A stretch of DNA of 64,000 nucleotides from an uncultured Cytophagia bacterium (GTDB lineage: Bacteria; Zhuqueibacterota; Zhuqueibacteria; Oceanimicrobiales; CAZGRP01). Location of the stretch: positions 624-64,623 of the forward strand of contig CAZGRP010000023.1 of NCBI GenBank assembly GCA_964527995.1, in the 5' to 3' direction. The notes beneath the pieces were generated by a model. The model was given only the letters and a program-made list of their open reading frames with translations. It was not told the origin of the DNA and searched no databases. Positions within the stretch are counted from its first letter, which is position 1; the number at the start of each line of letters is the position of its first letter. Both the position numbers and the translations under genes were made by a program. Shown here in pieces: positions 19,993 to 29,170 of the stretch.

Positions 19993-20227
19993 GAAGGCTG
20001 TGAAAGAGATCGTCGAGCGCATCGAGCAACGGTTTCCCGAAGCTCGAGTGCGTGGGGTTGTGGAGTGGCAGGGAGCCGACGCAGCCATCGAGGTGGTCAC
20101 GCCAGAAGACAACGGTTGGGAAATCTCTGAATTGACTGCGCCCTTGCAGTTGAAATTCCTTCAAGAGCTTGGTGTCGATATTCGTGTGTTGCCTCTCGAA
20201 GAACATGACGGCCAAAAGGTGGAATAG
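19970..20227 (+). CDS. MNT-fold-like small protein (degenerate nucleotidyltransferase)
   Basis: GTG 19970 overlaps the HEPN 3' end; KAVKEIVERIEQRFPEARV...LLQ-like/LGVDIRVLPL shape of an MNT, but no GS/DxD catalytic motif. Confidence 0.55.
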   Translation: MKKDQKIEKAVKEIVERIEQRFPEARVRGVVEWQGADAAIEVVTPEDNGWEISELTAPLQLKFLQELGVDIRVLPLEEHDGQKVE

Positions 20228-20231
20228 CAAC

Positions 20232-21563
20232 ATGCCAAAAGTCTACCTGGAAACCTACGGCTGCCAGATGAACGAGTACGACTCGGAACTGATCCGGGCG
20301 ATCCTGAGCCGCCATAACTTTGAATTCACCGAGCACGACTGCGATGCGGATGTGGTGTTGCTGAACACCTGCGCCGTTCGCGAGAACGCCCATCAGAGGA
20401 TCTTCGGCCGGCTCGGCCACCTGAAGCCGCTCAAGAAGAAGCGCGAGCGGATGGTGATCGGTGTGCTCGGCTGCATGGCGCAAAACCTGCGCGAGGAGCT
20501 GGCCGAGAGAGTTGACATTGTGGATATCGTCGCCGGCCCGGATAGCTACAAGAAGCTGCCGCGGCTGATCGCGACAGTGTTGGAAGCTGGCGGCAAGGGG
20601 TTCGACTTCAAACTCTCCGAGTTCGAAGACTACAGCGATGTCTACCCGTCGAGGGTGCCCGGTGTGAACGCCTGGATCGCCGTGATGCGCGGCTGCGACA
20701 ACTTCTGCACCTTTTGCGTCGTGCCCTATACCCGTGGCCGCGAACGCAGTCGCAGCCCGGAGAGCGTGGTTCGCGAAACCGAACTGCTGGCTGCCGAAGG
20801 ATTCAGGCAGGTCACTCTCCTGGGCCAGAACGTCAACTCCTACCGCCATGAACAGTATGATTTCGGCGATCTTCTGGAGATGGTCGCCGCGGTGGACGGC
20901 ATTCGGCGAGTCCGCTTTACCTCGCCTCATCCGAAAGACTTCCCGGATAAGTTTCTCGAAGTGATGGTTCGCAACACCAAGATATGCCACCAGATCCATC
21001 TGCCGCTGCAAGCGGGCAACGACCGCATCCTGGAGCTCATGAACCGAACCTACACGCGGCGAGAGTTCCTCGACCTGGTAGACAAGATCCGCCGCACCAT
21101 TCCGGACGTGATCCTGAGCACGGATGTCATTGTCGGATTTTGCACCGAGACCGACGAGGAGTTTGAGGACACCGTTGCGGTGATGCAGGAAGTGGAGTTC
21201 GATTCGGCCTTCATTTTCAAATACTCGCAGCGCAAGAACACCATCGCTTACCGAAAATACCCGGATGACGTGCCGCCGGAGAAGAAGACGGAACGCATCC
21301 AGCGCCTCAACGAGATCCAGAAGGAGATTTCCCTGAAACGAAACCGTGCCGACATCGGCCGCACCTTCGAGATCCTGGTTGAGGGCCCAAGCAAGAAGGA
21401 CCAATCGGAGTGGATGGGGCGGACGGAAGGGAACAAGATCGTCGTCTACCCGCACGGCGAAGAGAAGCCAGGAGACCTCATCCACGTGACGATCACGGAC
21501 GTGACGGCGCATACCCTCTTCGGGCGGCGCGTCGATTCCGAACATCTTCCATCGCAACTGTGA
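20232..21563 (+). CDS. miaB: tRNA i6A37 methylthiotransferase
   Basis: ETYGCQMNEYDS, NTCAVRENA, MRGCDNFCTFCVVPYTRG, HLPLQAG, FIFKYSQR and a TRAM domain. Confidence 0.95.
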   Translation: MPKVYLETYGCQMNEYDSELIRAILSRHNFEFTEHDCDADVVLLNTCAVRENAHQRIFGRLGHLKPLKKKRERMVIGVLGCMAQNLREELAERVDIVDIVAGPDSYKKLPRLIATVLEAGGKGFDFKLSEFEDYSDVYPSRVPGVNAWIAVMRGCDNFCTFCVVPYTRGRERSRSPESVVRETELLAAEGFRQVTLLGQNVNSYRHEQYDFGDLLEMVAAVDGIRRVRFTSPHPKDFPDKFLEVMVRNTKICHQIHLPLQAGNDRILELMNRTYTRREFLDLVDKIRRTIPDVILSTDVIVGFCTETDEEFEDTVAVMQEVEFDSAFIFKYSQRKNTIAYRKYPDDVPPEKKTERIQRLNEIQKEISLKRNRADIGRTFEILVEGPSKKDQSEWMGRTEGNKIVVYPHGEEKPGDLIHVTITDVTAHTLFGRRVDSEHLPSQL

Positions 21564-21623
21564 CAAACGTACAGCCGGCGGCCGAAGAGCAAGACGACGG
21601 CAGCCAACACGAGATCCGGAGCC

Positions 21624-22796
21624 ATGCCTCGATTCCAAAGCCCTGACTTCTACCGCATCGATGATCTGCTCTCAGACGAAGAGAAGCTGGTTCGTCAAAC
21701 GGTGCGCGATTTTGTCGACGACCGGGTGATGCCCATCATCCGCGATTGCTTCCGTGAAGGTCGGTTTCCGACAGACCTCATCCCTGAGATGGCAGAGCTG
21801 GGGATGCTGGGCGCCAATCTGCAAGGATACGACTGCGCCGGCCTGAACAATGTTGCCTACGGGCTCATCATGCAGGAGCTGGAGCGCGGCGACAGCGGTC
21901 TTCGCAGCTTCGTTTCGGTGCAAGGCGGGCTGGTGATGTATCCGATCTACGCTTTCGGCTCGGAGGCGCAGAAGGAACGCTGGCTGCCGCGTATGGCCAG
22001 GGGAGAGGCCATCGGGTGCTTCGGATTGACGGAGCCCGGCGCTGGCTCGGACCCGGCAAGCATGCGTACGCGTGCCGAGCGGATTTCGGGTGGATGGCGA
22101 CTCAACGGCGCCAAGATGTGGATCACCAACGGCACGCTGGCCGACGTGGCCGTGGTCTGGGCGCGCACGGAGGAGGGAATCCGAGGCTTCCTCGTGGAGA
22201 AAGGCACGCCAGGATTTCAGGCGAAAGCGATGCACGGAAAGCTGTCGCTGCGCGCGTCCGATACGGCCGAACTGCTGCTCGACAACTGTGAGGTCCCGGA
22301 CGAGAGCCTGCTGCCCAAGAGCGACGGCTTGCGCTGCGCTTTGATGTGCCTGACGCAGGCGCGCTATGGCATCGCCTGGGGCGCAGTGGGCTCGGCTATG
22401 GCCTGCTACGAAGAGGCGCTCTCCTACGCCAAAGAACGTGTCGCTTTCGGCAACCCGATCGCCGGCTTTCAGTTGGTCCAGGAGAAGCTGGTCTACATGA
22501 TCACTGAGATCACCAAGGCGCAGTTGCTCGCTCTCCAGCTTGGGCGCCTGAAGGATAGCGGCAAAGCCGATTTCACCCAAGTTTCTCTGGCAAAGCGAAA
22601 CAACGTCTACCACGCGCTGGAGATCGCCCGCCTGGCGCGCGATATTCTTGGCGCGAACGGAATCAGCGACGAGTATCAAGCGATGCGGCATGCCTGCAAC
22701 CTGGAGACCGTCAAGACCTACGAAGGTACACACGACATTCACACACTCATTGTTGGCGAGGCAATTACAGGCTTGCCTGCTTTCCGTTCATCGTAG
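21624..22796 (+). CDS. gcdH: Acyl-CoA dehydrogenase, glutaryl-CoA dehydrogenase-like
   Basis: DSGLRSFVSVQGGLVM, GCFGLTEPGAGSDP, LNGAKMWITNG and YEGTHDIH. Confidence 0.8.
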   Translation: MPRFQSPDFYRIDDLLSDEEKLVRQTVRDFVDDRVMPIIRDCFREGRFPTDLIPEMAELGMLGANLQGYDCAGLNNVAYGLIMQELERGDSGLRSFVSVQGGLVMYPIYAFGSEAQKERWLPRMARGEAIGCFGLTEPGAGSDPASMRTRAERISGGWRLNGAKMWITNGTLADVAVVWARTEEGIRGFLVEKGTPGFQAKAMHGKLSLRASDTAELLLDNCEVPDESLLPKSDGLRCALMCLTQARYGIAWGAVGSAMACYEEALSYAKERVAFGNPIAGFQLVQEKLVYMITEITKAQLLALQLGRLKDSGKADFTQVSLAKRNNVYHALEIARLARDILGANGISDEYQAMRHACNLETVKTYEGTHDIHTLIVGEAITGLPAFRSS

Positions 22797-22849
22797 GTGC
22801 AGGCGCGACCGAGAGGCTGAGAGGAACCAGCCGATTGAGGAAACCCGAG

Positions 22850-23257
22850 ATGCCCGCTTATACAGATGAAGACGGCTTTCGGCGCTTCACCCTGGCCGAG
22901 GCCAACGCGCTGCTTCCCCAGATCATCCAGATCACGGAGGAGGCGCTGAACGTGCTCCAGCATCTGCGCGCGCGCCAGAAGGTCGAAGAAGAGTACGACG
23001 TGCAGAAGGCGCAAGAGCACTTCAACACCGAAACCATGAAGGTTCTCGAACAGTGGTCGAAGCAGATCGCTGCGTTGGGTGTGTACCCGAAGGGATTCTT
23101 CACGTGCGATTTCAAAACCCCCAACCCCGACACGCTTTTTTGTTGGACCTATGGAGAAGAGCGTGTCACCCACACCCACAAGGTTTATGAGAATTTCAAA
23201 CACCGGCGACCGATTCGCGAGCCCCATCTGGACGGCTTCGAGTTTTCTCTCAACTAG
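22850..23257 (+). CDS. DUF2203 domain protein
   Basis: RRFTLAEANALLP, KGFFTCDF, FCWTYGEERVTHTH and RRPI. Confidence 0.75.
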   Translation: MPAYTDEDGFRRFTLAEANALLPQIIQITEEALNVLQHLRARQKVEEEYDVQKAQEHFNTETMKVLEQWSKQIAALGVYPKGFFTCDFKTPNPDTLFCWTYGEERVTHTHKVYENFKHRRPIREPHLDGFEFSLN

Positions 23258-23284
23258 ACAACTGCCTAACCGGCGACACTTCGG

Positions 23285-24121
23285 ATGCTGAAGACGGTTT
23301 TCTTCTCCCTGGCTTTGCAGACGGCGGTGGGACAACTGCTCATCGCCGGCTTGATCTCGCGCGAAGCCATTGGGAATTTGTTCTACCGCGTCGTCTCCTC
23401 CGTATCGATGCTCCTCATCGCCCTGGCTCTTCTCGCCGAGCCATATCGCCAAGTCAGTTTGGGTGGGATTTTCAGCGGCACGGTGGGTCTTGGGTCGTCT
23501 CAAGCGGCAGCCCTTGCACTGGGTTCCCTTTGCCTGGCCGTGCTGGTGTTGAATCAGCTTGTGTTTCCAAGGCTCAACCGGGCGACGCTCTGGCTGGCGT
23601 TTGCTGTTGGTTTAGCAGCCGTCGTTCTCGATAGCTTCACCTATCCGTCCTTTCAGCCTGTTCGTCCGGCCGATCTGTTGCTGGCTGCCTTCAACGGCGT
23701 CGCCTCGGCGATGATGCTGGGTGGTGTGCTGGCTGCGATGATCACCGGTCACTGGTACCTGGTGAGCGCCAAGCTGCCCATCCGGCCGCTGAAGATCGCT
23801 TCGGGCATCTTTATCGGTGCAGTGGCCGTGAAGGCGCTGCTCGTAGTCCTGACGCTGGCCAACTACTGGACTGGTCCGAATGAAGCGCTGGCGCGACTGG
23901 CGCGCAGTTTCCTCTCCCTTGCACCGAGCAGCATCTTCTTCTGGGCACGCCTTTCCTTCGGCATTCTGGGCCCGCTCTTCTTTGCCTACTTGATCTGGGG
24001 CACCGTGAAGATCCGCTCCACGCAGTCGGCGACAGGCATCCTCTACGCCGCTCTTATCCTGGTTCTCCTCGGAGAGGCCTTTGGGAAGTTCCTGTTCTAC
24101 TTCTCGGGTATTCCGTCGTAA
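23285..24121 (+). CDS. Polytopic membrane protein with MITGHWYL motif, unknown function
   Basis: About eight hydrophobic segments; GHWYL and STQSATGILY motifs. Confidence 0.8.
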   Translation: MLKTVFFSLALQTAVGQLLIAGLISREAIGNLFYRVVSSVSMLLIALALLAEPYRQVSLGGIFSGTVGLGSSQAAALALGSLCLAVLVLNQLVFPRLNRATLWLAFAVGLAAVVLDSFTYPSFQPVRPADLLLAAFNGVASAMMLGGVLAAMITGHWYLVSAKLPIRPLKIASGIFIGAVAVKALLVVLTLANYWTGPNEALARLARSFLSLAPSSIFFWARLSFGILGPLFFAYLIWGTVKIRSTQSATGILYAALILVLLGEAFGKFLFYFSGIPS

Positions 24122-24256
24122 CGCCTCGCCGCGGGCTACCAGACGAAGGTTGGCGGCTGCCAGGTTGAACGACGCAGTCGTTTATTTTTTCTTGATTTTG
24201 TAGGTCGGTTTGGATATATTGGATTGTCCATTTCTGACCAAGAGGGTAGACGAAGC

Positions 24257-24721
24257 ATGGCCTTGCAGGACAAAGGACTTCAGCTGAGTCAGAAGCTCGA
24301 GCTGCTCGTAACTGTCTTCAATCGTCAGCCCATCCGACCTTTTCTTGACACCCTTACCACCCCACAGCTTGTCGAAGCCCATTCGTTTCTTTGGGATAAG
24401 ATGGTCGAGTTTCATGTGCGAACTCAACCCCGAGAGTTTCGCCGCGAGGAGGTTACCCGCAAGATGATGCCTTCGGCGAAGTACCAGCGCATGCAGGGTT
24501 GCGATCTTCGCATCGACTACTGCAAGGGGGTGGAGTGTATCTGGTCAAATCCGGTATGTGCCGGCAACAAGGTCAAGAACAACATGGAGGTCATGGCGCA
24601 ACACATCCTCGGATACTTCGATGCCAAGGGCTCCGGAGCGATGCAAGTGTCGCACAGCGATGAGCACGAGCACCGGAGTCGCAGTGCGGCCGAGACAGGT
24701 GTTGTGGCGAGGTCGGGGTAG
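24257..24721 (+). CDS. Hypothetical protein with C-x6-C-x4-C-x6-C cluster
   Basis: ATG 24257, protein-like composition, GCDLRIDYCKGVECIWSNPVC; followed by a terminator. Confidence 0.7.
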   Translation: MALQDKGLQLSQKLELLVTVFNRQPIRPFLDTLTTPQLVEAHSFLWDKMVEFHVRTQPREFRREEVTRKMMPSAKYQRMQGCDLRIDYCKGVECIWSNPVCAGNKVKNNMEVMAQHILGYFDAKGSGAMQVSHSDEHEHRSRSAAETGVVARSG

Positions 24722-24744
24722 GCGGCAAGGCCGAAGCAACGCAG

Positions 24745-24776
24745 CGAAGATCTCCTTGATCTTCGTTTCTGTATTT
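24745..24776 (+). terminator. Intrinsic terminator
   Basis: CGAAGATC-TCCTT-GATCTTCG followed by TTTCTGTATTT. Confidence 0.7.
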
Positions 24777-24930
24777 AGTCAATCGAAGGAGGTGAATTCG
24801 CTGGCCTCGCAGAGCGCCCCAGTTGTTTCCGTCGATTTACGTGATTCTGTTTTCGAGATACGGCTCTTTGAAAAATGCTCGCACTCCCTGAGGTTCGATT
24901 CTATGGAGCGATGCAGCAGAGGTACCACGG

Positions 24931-26535
24931 ATGCCGGACGGACCTGGGGTTGATTTGCTGGCCAGTATGCCTATGGAACTATCACCTGGTATCTGGATCG
25001 GCATCGCTGGTAGTTGGCTGGTAGTCTTCGTGTTGGCCTGGCTACTGGCGGGTTGGGTCCGCGAGCGGCGGGCGAAAGACGCCAGCGAGCGGGCCGAGGC
25101 GCTTCTCTCCGAAGCGAGACGGGAAGCAGAGAGACAGAAGCAGCAGTACCTTCTTCAGGCAAAAGAAGAGTGGCTCCGCATCCGAGACGAGAGGGAACGC
25201 GACCTCAAGCAGCGTGTTCGCAAGCTGGACGTTAAAGAGCAGCAGCTCTCGGAAGTGGAGAAGCGGCTTCAGCGCAAAGAGGACAGCCTGAAGCAGCGTG
25301 AGAGTAACCTGGCCCGGCAGGAGAACAGTCTAGAGGCGCGGCGCGCAGCTCTGAAGGTCAAGGAGGAAGAGTATTCTCAACTTCTTTCGAAGTACAACGT
25401 CGAGCTTTCCAGAGTGGCTCGCCTCTCACCTGAGGAAGCCAAAGAACGGCTCCTCGAAAACCTGCGCAAAGAATTTCGCGCTGAGGCGGCACAGCTCTAC
25501 AAGTCCATCATCGAGAACGCCCGCGAGAACGCCAACAAGGAAGCACGCGAAATCATCACCCGTGCCATCGAGCGGAACGCTTCCGACCAGACGATCGAGA
25601 CCACGGTGGCCGTCGTCAACTTGCCGAGCGATGAGATCAAAGGAAGGATCATTGGCAAGGACGGCCGCAATATCAAGACGTTCGAGTCCCTCACCGGCGT
25701 CAAAGTCATTGTCGACGACACCCCAGAGGCAGTTGTCCTGTCCAGCTACGACCCAGTCAAGCGCGAGATTGCCCGAGTCGCTTTGGAACGCCTGGTGCAA
25801 AACGGCAAGATTCACCCGCAGCGGGTAGAGGAGGCGGTCGCCAAGGCGGAGCAGGAAATCGAGAAACAGATCTGGCGTGCCGGCAATGAGGCCGTGGCTG
25901 CAGTGGGCGTGGGGCGCATGCACCCGGATCTGATTCGCACCCTCGGCCGATTGCACTTCCGCACCAGCTACGGCCAGAACGTGCTGCAACACTCCATCGA
26001 GGTTGCCCGGATCACCGGTGCCCTGGCGGCTGAGCTGCAATTCGACGTGCGGCTGGCCAAGAGGGCCGGTTTGCTTCACGACATCGGCAAGGCTGTCAGC
26101 CAGAACACTGAGGGGACGCACACGCAGATCGGCATCGAGATCGCCGAAAAATTCAAAGAGGACCCCGTGGTGATCAACGCGATCGCCGCCCATCACGAGG
26201 ACCAGGAAGCCACATCGCTGATCACCGTGCTTGTCAGCGCTGCGGATGCCATTTCAGGTGCCCGGCCAGGCGCCCGCCGCGATACCCTCGACGGCTATGT
26301 GCGCCGTATCGAAAAGCTTGAGAAAATCGCCGACTCGTTCGATGCGGTGGCGAAAGCGTATGCCATTTCCGCTGGCCGCGAGATTCGCGTCATGGTCCAA
26401 CCCGAGCGTGTCAGCGATGCCGAGGCCATGCTGCTGGCTCGTGATATCGCCAAGAAGATCCAATCGGACCTCGAATATCCGGGCGAGGTCAAGGTGACGG
26501 TGATCCGGGAATGCCGGGCGGTGAGTTACGCCTGA
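24931..26535 (+). CDS. rny: Ribonuclease Y (start may be a later Met)
   Basis: N-terminal TM helix, coiled coil, KH domain (KGRIIGKDGRNI), HD domain (HSIEV, LLHDIGK) and AISAGREIRV. Confidence 0.96.
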   Translation: MPDGPGVDLLASMPMELSPGIWIGIAGSWLVVFVLAWLLAGWVRERRAKDASERAEALLSEARREAERQKQQYLLQAKEEWLRIRDERERDLKQRVRKLDVKEQQLSEVEKRLQRKEDSLKQRESNLARQENSLEARRAALKVKEEEYSQLLSKYNVELSRVARLSPEEAKERLLENLRKEFRAEAAQLYKSIIENARENANKEAREIITRAIERNASDQTIETTVAVVNLPSDEIKGRIIGKDGRNIKTFESLTGVKVIVDDTPEAVVLSSYDPVKREIARVALERLVQNGKIHPQRVEEAVAKAEQEIEKQIWRAGNEAVAAVGVGRMHPDLIRTLGRLHFRTSYGQNVLQHSIEVARITGALAAELQFDVRLAKRAGLLHDIGKAVSQNTEGTHTQIGIEIAEKFKEDPVVINAIAAHHEDQEATSLITVLVSAADAISGARPGARRDTLDGYVRRIEKLEKIADSFDAVAKAYAISAGREIRVMVQPERVSDAEAMLLARDIAKKIQSDLEYPGEVKVTVIRECRAVSYA

Positions 26536-26570
26536 GTGCCATGATCGCTGAAATGCAGGAGCGAAAAGGG

Positions 26571-28508
26571 ATGAGCAACCTTCTGCCAGACATCAATGAT
26601 CCTCGCGACCTCAAGCCTTTTTCCCTGCCGCAGCTCGAACAACTTTGCCGGGAAATTCGGGAGTACTTTGTCGAGGTGATCACCGGAATCGGTGGTCACT
26701 TCGCGCCCAGCCTCGGCGTCGTTGAACTGACCGTCGCTCTCCACTATGTATTCGACACCCCCAAGGACAAGCTCGTCTGGGACGTAGGCCACCAGGGTTA
26801 TGTCCACAAGATCTTGACCGGTCGCCGGGAAGCGTTGAAGACGATCCGACAGTTCAAAGGCATCAGCGGCTTTCTGAAGAGAACGGAGAGCGAATACGAC
26901 ACCTTCGGAGCTGGACACGCGAGTACCTCGATCTCCGCTGCCCTTGGCATTGCCAAAGCCCGCGACCTCGCCGGGGATCAATACCAGGTCGTAGCCGTCA
27001 TCGGCGATGGCGCTCTCACGGGTGGGCTTGCCTACGAGGCCCTCAACAATGCCGGAGCGCTGGGAACCGACCTTCTGGTGATTCTCAACGACAACGAGAT
27101 GTCCATCTCTCCCAACGTCGGCGCCATCTCACGATATCTCACCGAGATTACCACCGACCCGCTCTACAATCGGATCAAAGACGAGATATGGGGCCTTACC
27201 GAGCGCATGCCGTTCGGCAAGAAGCGCGTACGCCGATTTGTGCGCTCGGTCGAGGAAGCCTTGAAGAGCCTGCTTGTGCCGGGTCTGTTTTTTGAGCAGC
27301 TCGGGTTCCGCTACTTCGGCCCCATCGACGGGCACGATCTGAGGGAGCTGATACCGGTGTTGCGTCGTCTCCGCGGCATGCGAGGACCGAGATTACTCCA
27401 TGTGCGCACAGTGAAGGGGAAGGGGGTTGATTACGCTGAACAGGACTCGGTGAAGTTTCACTCGGTCTCTCCACCCGCGAAGACCAGCGCCGACGCCCTC
27501 GCCAAGCCGAAACTCCCGGCCTACAACAAGGTCTTCGCCGAGGCGCTGATCGACCTGGCGAAAAGAGATGATCGCATTGTGGCGATCACGGCCGCCATGG
27601 CCGAAGGGACGGGTCTTGCCGCCTTCCAGAAGGAATTCCCCGATCGATTTTTCGATGTGGGCATTGCCGAGGCCCATGCCGTCACATTTGCGGCCGGGCT
27701 GGCGGCGCAGGGATATCGGCCCTGTGCAGCGATTTACTCGACCTTCCTGCAGCGAGCGTTCGACCAGGTAGTCCACGATGTCTGCATCCAGCACCTGCCC
27801 GTCGTCTTTGCACTGGACCGGGCCGGCTTGTGTGGCGCCGACGGCCCAACCCATCATGGGGCCTTTGATCTTTCCTACCTGAGCCTGATCCCCGAAATCG
27901 TGGTCGCCGCTCCCAAAGACGGGGACGAGCTGCGCAACCTTCTGTACACTGCGTTCTCGCAGGAAGAGCATCCCTTTGCGATCCGTTATCCAAAAGACAG
28001 CTGTGTATGTCTCTCCGAGGAGCCCGTCTATCGCAAACTGCCGGTCGGTTCCTGGGAGGAACTGCAGCCCGGAGAGGATGCGGTGCTCCTGGCTGTGGGA
28101 ACGATGGTCTCCAACGCGCTGAAGGCCCGAACTCTGCTCCAGCGCCGGGGCATCGATGCCGGCGTAGTAAACGCCCGTTTTATCAAGCCGCTTGACGCGG
28201 AGATGTTGGGCCGCATCGCGCAGCGGGCACCGCTGATCGTAACGATCGAAGAAAATGCGCTGCGGGGCGGGTTTGGCAGCTACGTAGCCGAACACTTGCG
28301 GGCGCAGGGTGGTTTTCGCGGCCGGATCATCCACCTCGGACTCCCGGACAATTTTGTGGAACACGGGTCGAGGGGAATCCTGCTGGACATTGTCGGGTTG
28401 TCTCCGGAAAAGATTGCCGAAGTCGTTACGAAGAACCTGCAGGTGCCTGGCGGTCACACATGGAAGGAGCCTGCAGACAGGGAAACCCCGACACATCAGG
28501 TCGTCTGA
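26571..28508 (+). CDS. dxs: 1-deoxy-D-xylulose-5-phosphate synthase
   Basis: GGHFAPSLGVVEL, WDVGHQGY, GAGHASTSIS, GDGALTGG, NDNEMSIS and YSTFLQRAFDQ. Confidence 0.97.
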   Translation: MSNLLPDINDPRDLKPFSLPQLEQLCREIREYFVEVITGIGGHFAPSLGVVELTVALHYVFDTPKDKLVWDVGHQGYVHKILTGRREALKTIRQFKGISGFLKRTESEYDTFGAGHASTSISAALGIAKARDLAGDQYQVVAVIGDGALTGGLAYEALNNAGALGTDLLVILNDNEMSISPNVGAISRYLTEITTDPLYNRIKDEIWGLTERMPFGKKRVRRFVRSVEEALKSLLVPGLFFEQLGFRYFGPIDGHDLRELIPVLRRLRGMRGPRLLHVRTVKGKGVDYAEQDSVKFHSVSPPAKTSADALAKPKLPAYNKVFAEALIDLAKRDDRIVAITAAMAEGTGLAAFQKEFPDRFFDVGIAEAHAVTFAAGLAAQGYRPCAAIYSTFLQRAFDQVVHDVCIQHLPVVFALDRAGLCGADGPTHHGAFDLSYLSLIPEIVVAAPKDGDELRNLLYTAFSQEEHPFAIRYPKDSCVCLSEEPVYRKLPVGSWEELQPGEDAVLLAVGTMVSNALKARTLLQRRGIDAGVVNARFIKPLDAEMLGRIAQRAPLIVTIEENALRGGFGSYVAEHLRAQGGFRGRIIHLGLPDNFVEHGSRGILLDIVGLSPEKIAEVVTKNLQVPGGHTWKEPADRETPTHQVV

Positions 28509-28587
28509 TCGCCGCAACGATGCGGGAACTTTCGGCAAACAGCGAAGTCAAAAGGTTCAACTTTTTACAAATACAGGAGGGCCAATA

Positions 28588-29019
28588 ATGTCTCGCAAAA
28601 CAGTCAAAGTCGCTGCAGCTTTCGGCGTGGTTGTCGCCGCGGTTGTGTTTTTGTTGATCCTCGGTCTGCAGGATACCATGGTATACTCGGTCACGGTGAG
28701 CGAGCTACGAGCGCAAGGGGCTGCAAGCACCGCAAAGAGTTACCGGGTCGAAGGGAAGGTTGTGCCTGGAAGTCTGAAGTCTTCAGCTGATCGGCTGGAA
28801 TTCAGTTTTGTGCTCGAGGACAGTGGCGGCACCATGCCGGTGAAGTACGATGGAATCTTGCCGGACACTTTCAAGGAGGGCCTGCCGGTTCTCGTGGAAG
28901 GGCGCTATCTGCCCGAGGGCACTTTCGAAGCCCGGCAAGTCTTTACCAAATGCCCGTCGAAATACGAGAGTGCCGAGCCGTACGAGACGTCGAATGCCAA
29001 AGGGGAACCCACAAGCTGA
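28588..29019 (+). CDS. ccmE: Cytochrome c maturation heme chaperone, CxxxY variant
   Basis: AGGAGG RBS; N-terminal TM helix, OB-fold pattern YDGILPDTFKEG...VEG, and KCPSKY. Confidence 0.9.
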   Translation: MSRKTVKVAAAFGVVVAAVVFLLILGLQDTMVYSVTVSELRAQGAASTAKSYRVEGKVVPGSLKSSADRLEFSFVLEDSGGTMPVKYDGILPDTFKEGLPVLVEGRYLPEGTFEARQVFTKCPSKYESAEPYETSNAKGEPTS

Positions 29020-29170
29020 CAAGGGAGCCCCGGTCATCTGAGCAGCGTCCGAGGCAACAGACTAAAGCCTGAATGAGGTCTGTGGTTGTCGTTGAACGGG
29101 CGGCGCAGGAACAGCCTGTCATCGACACCCGGTAGGATTGCGCACAAGGATATTCTGGAAAGGAGTTGTC

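Noticed and set aside
24777-24930. Possible 6S RNA or small ORF upstream of rny
   Set aside because: No zapA context and no long imperfect hairpin could be traced; the strong AAGGAGGTGA sequence has no well-spaced canonical start.
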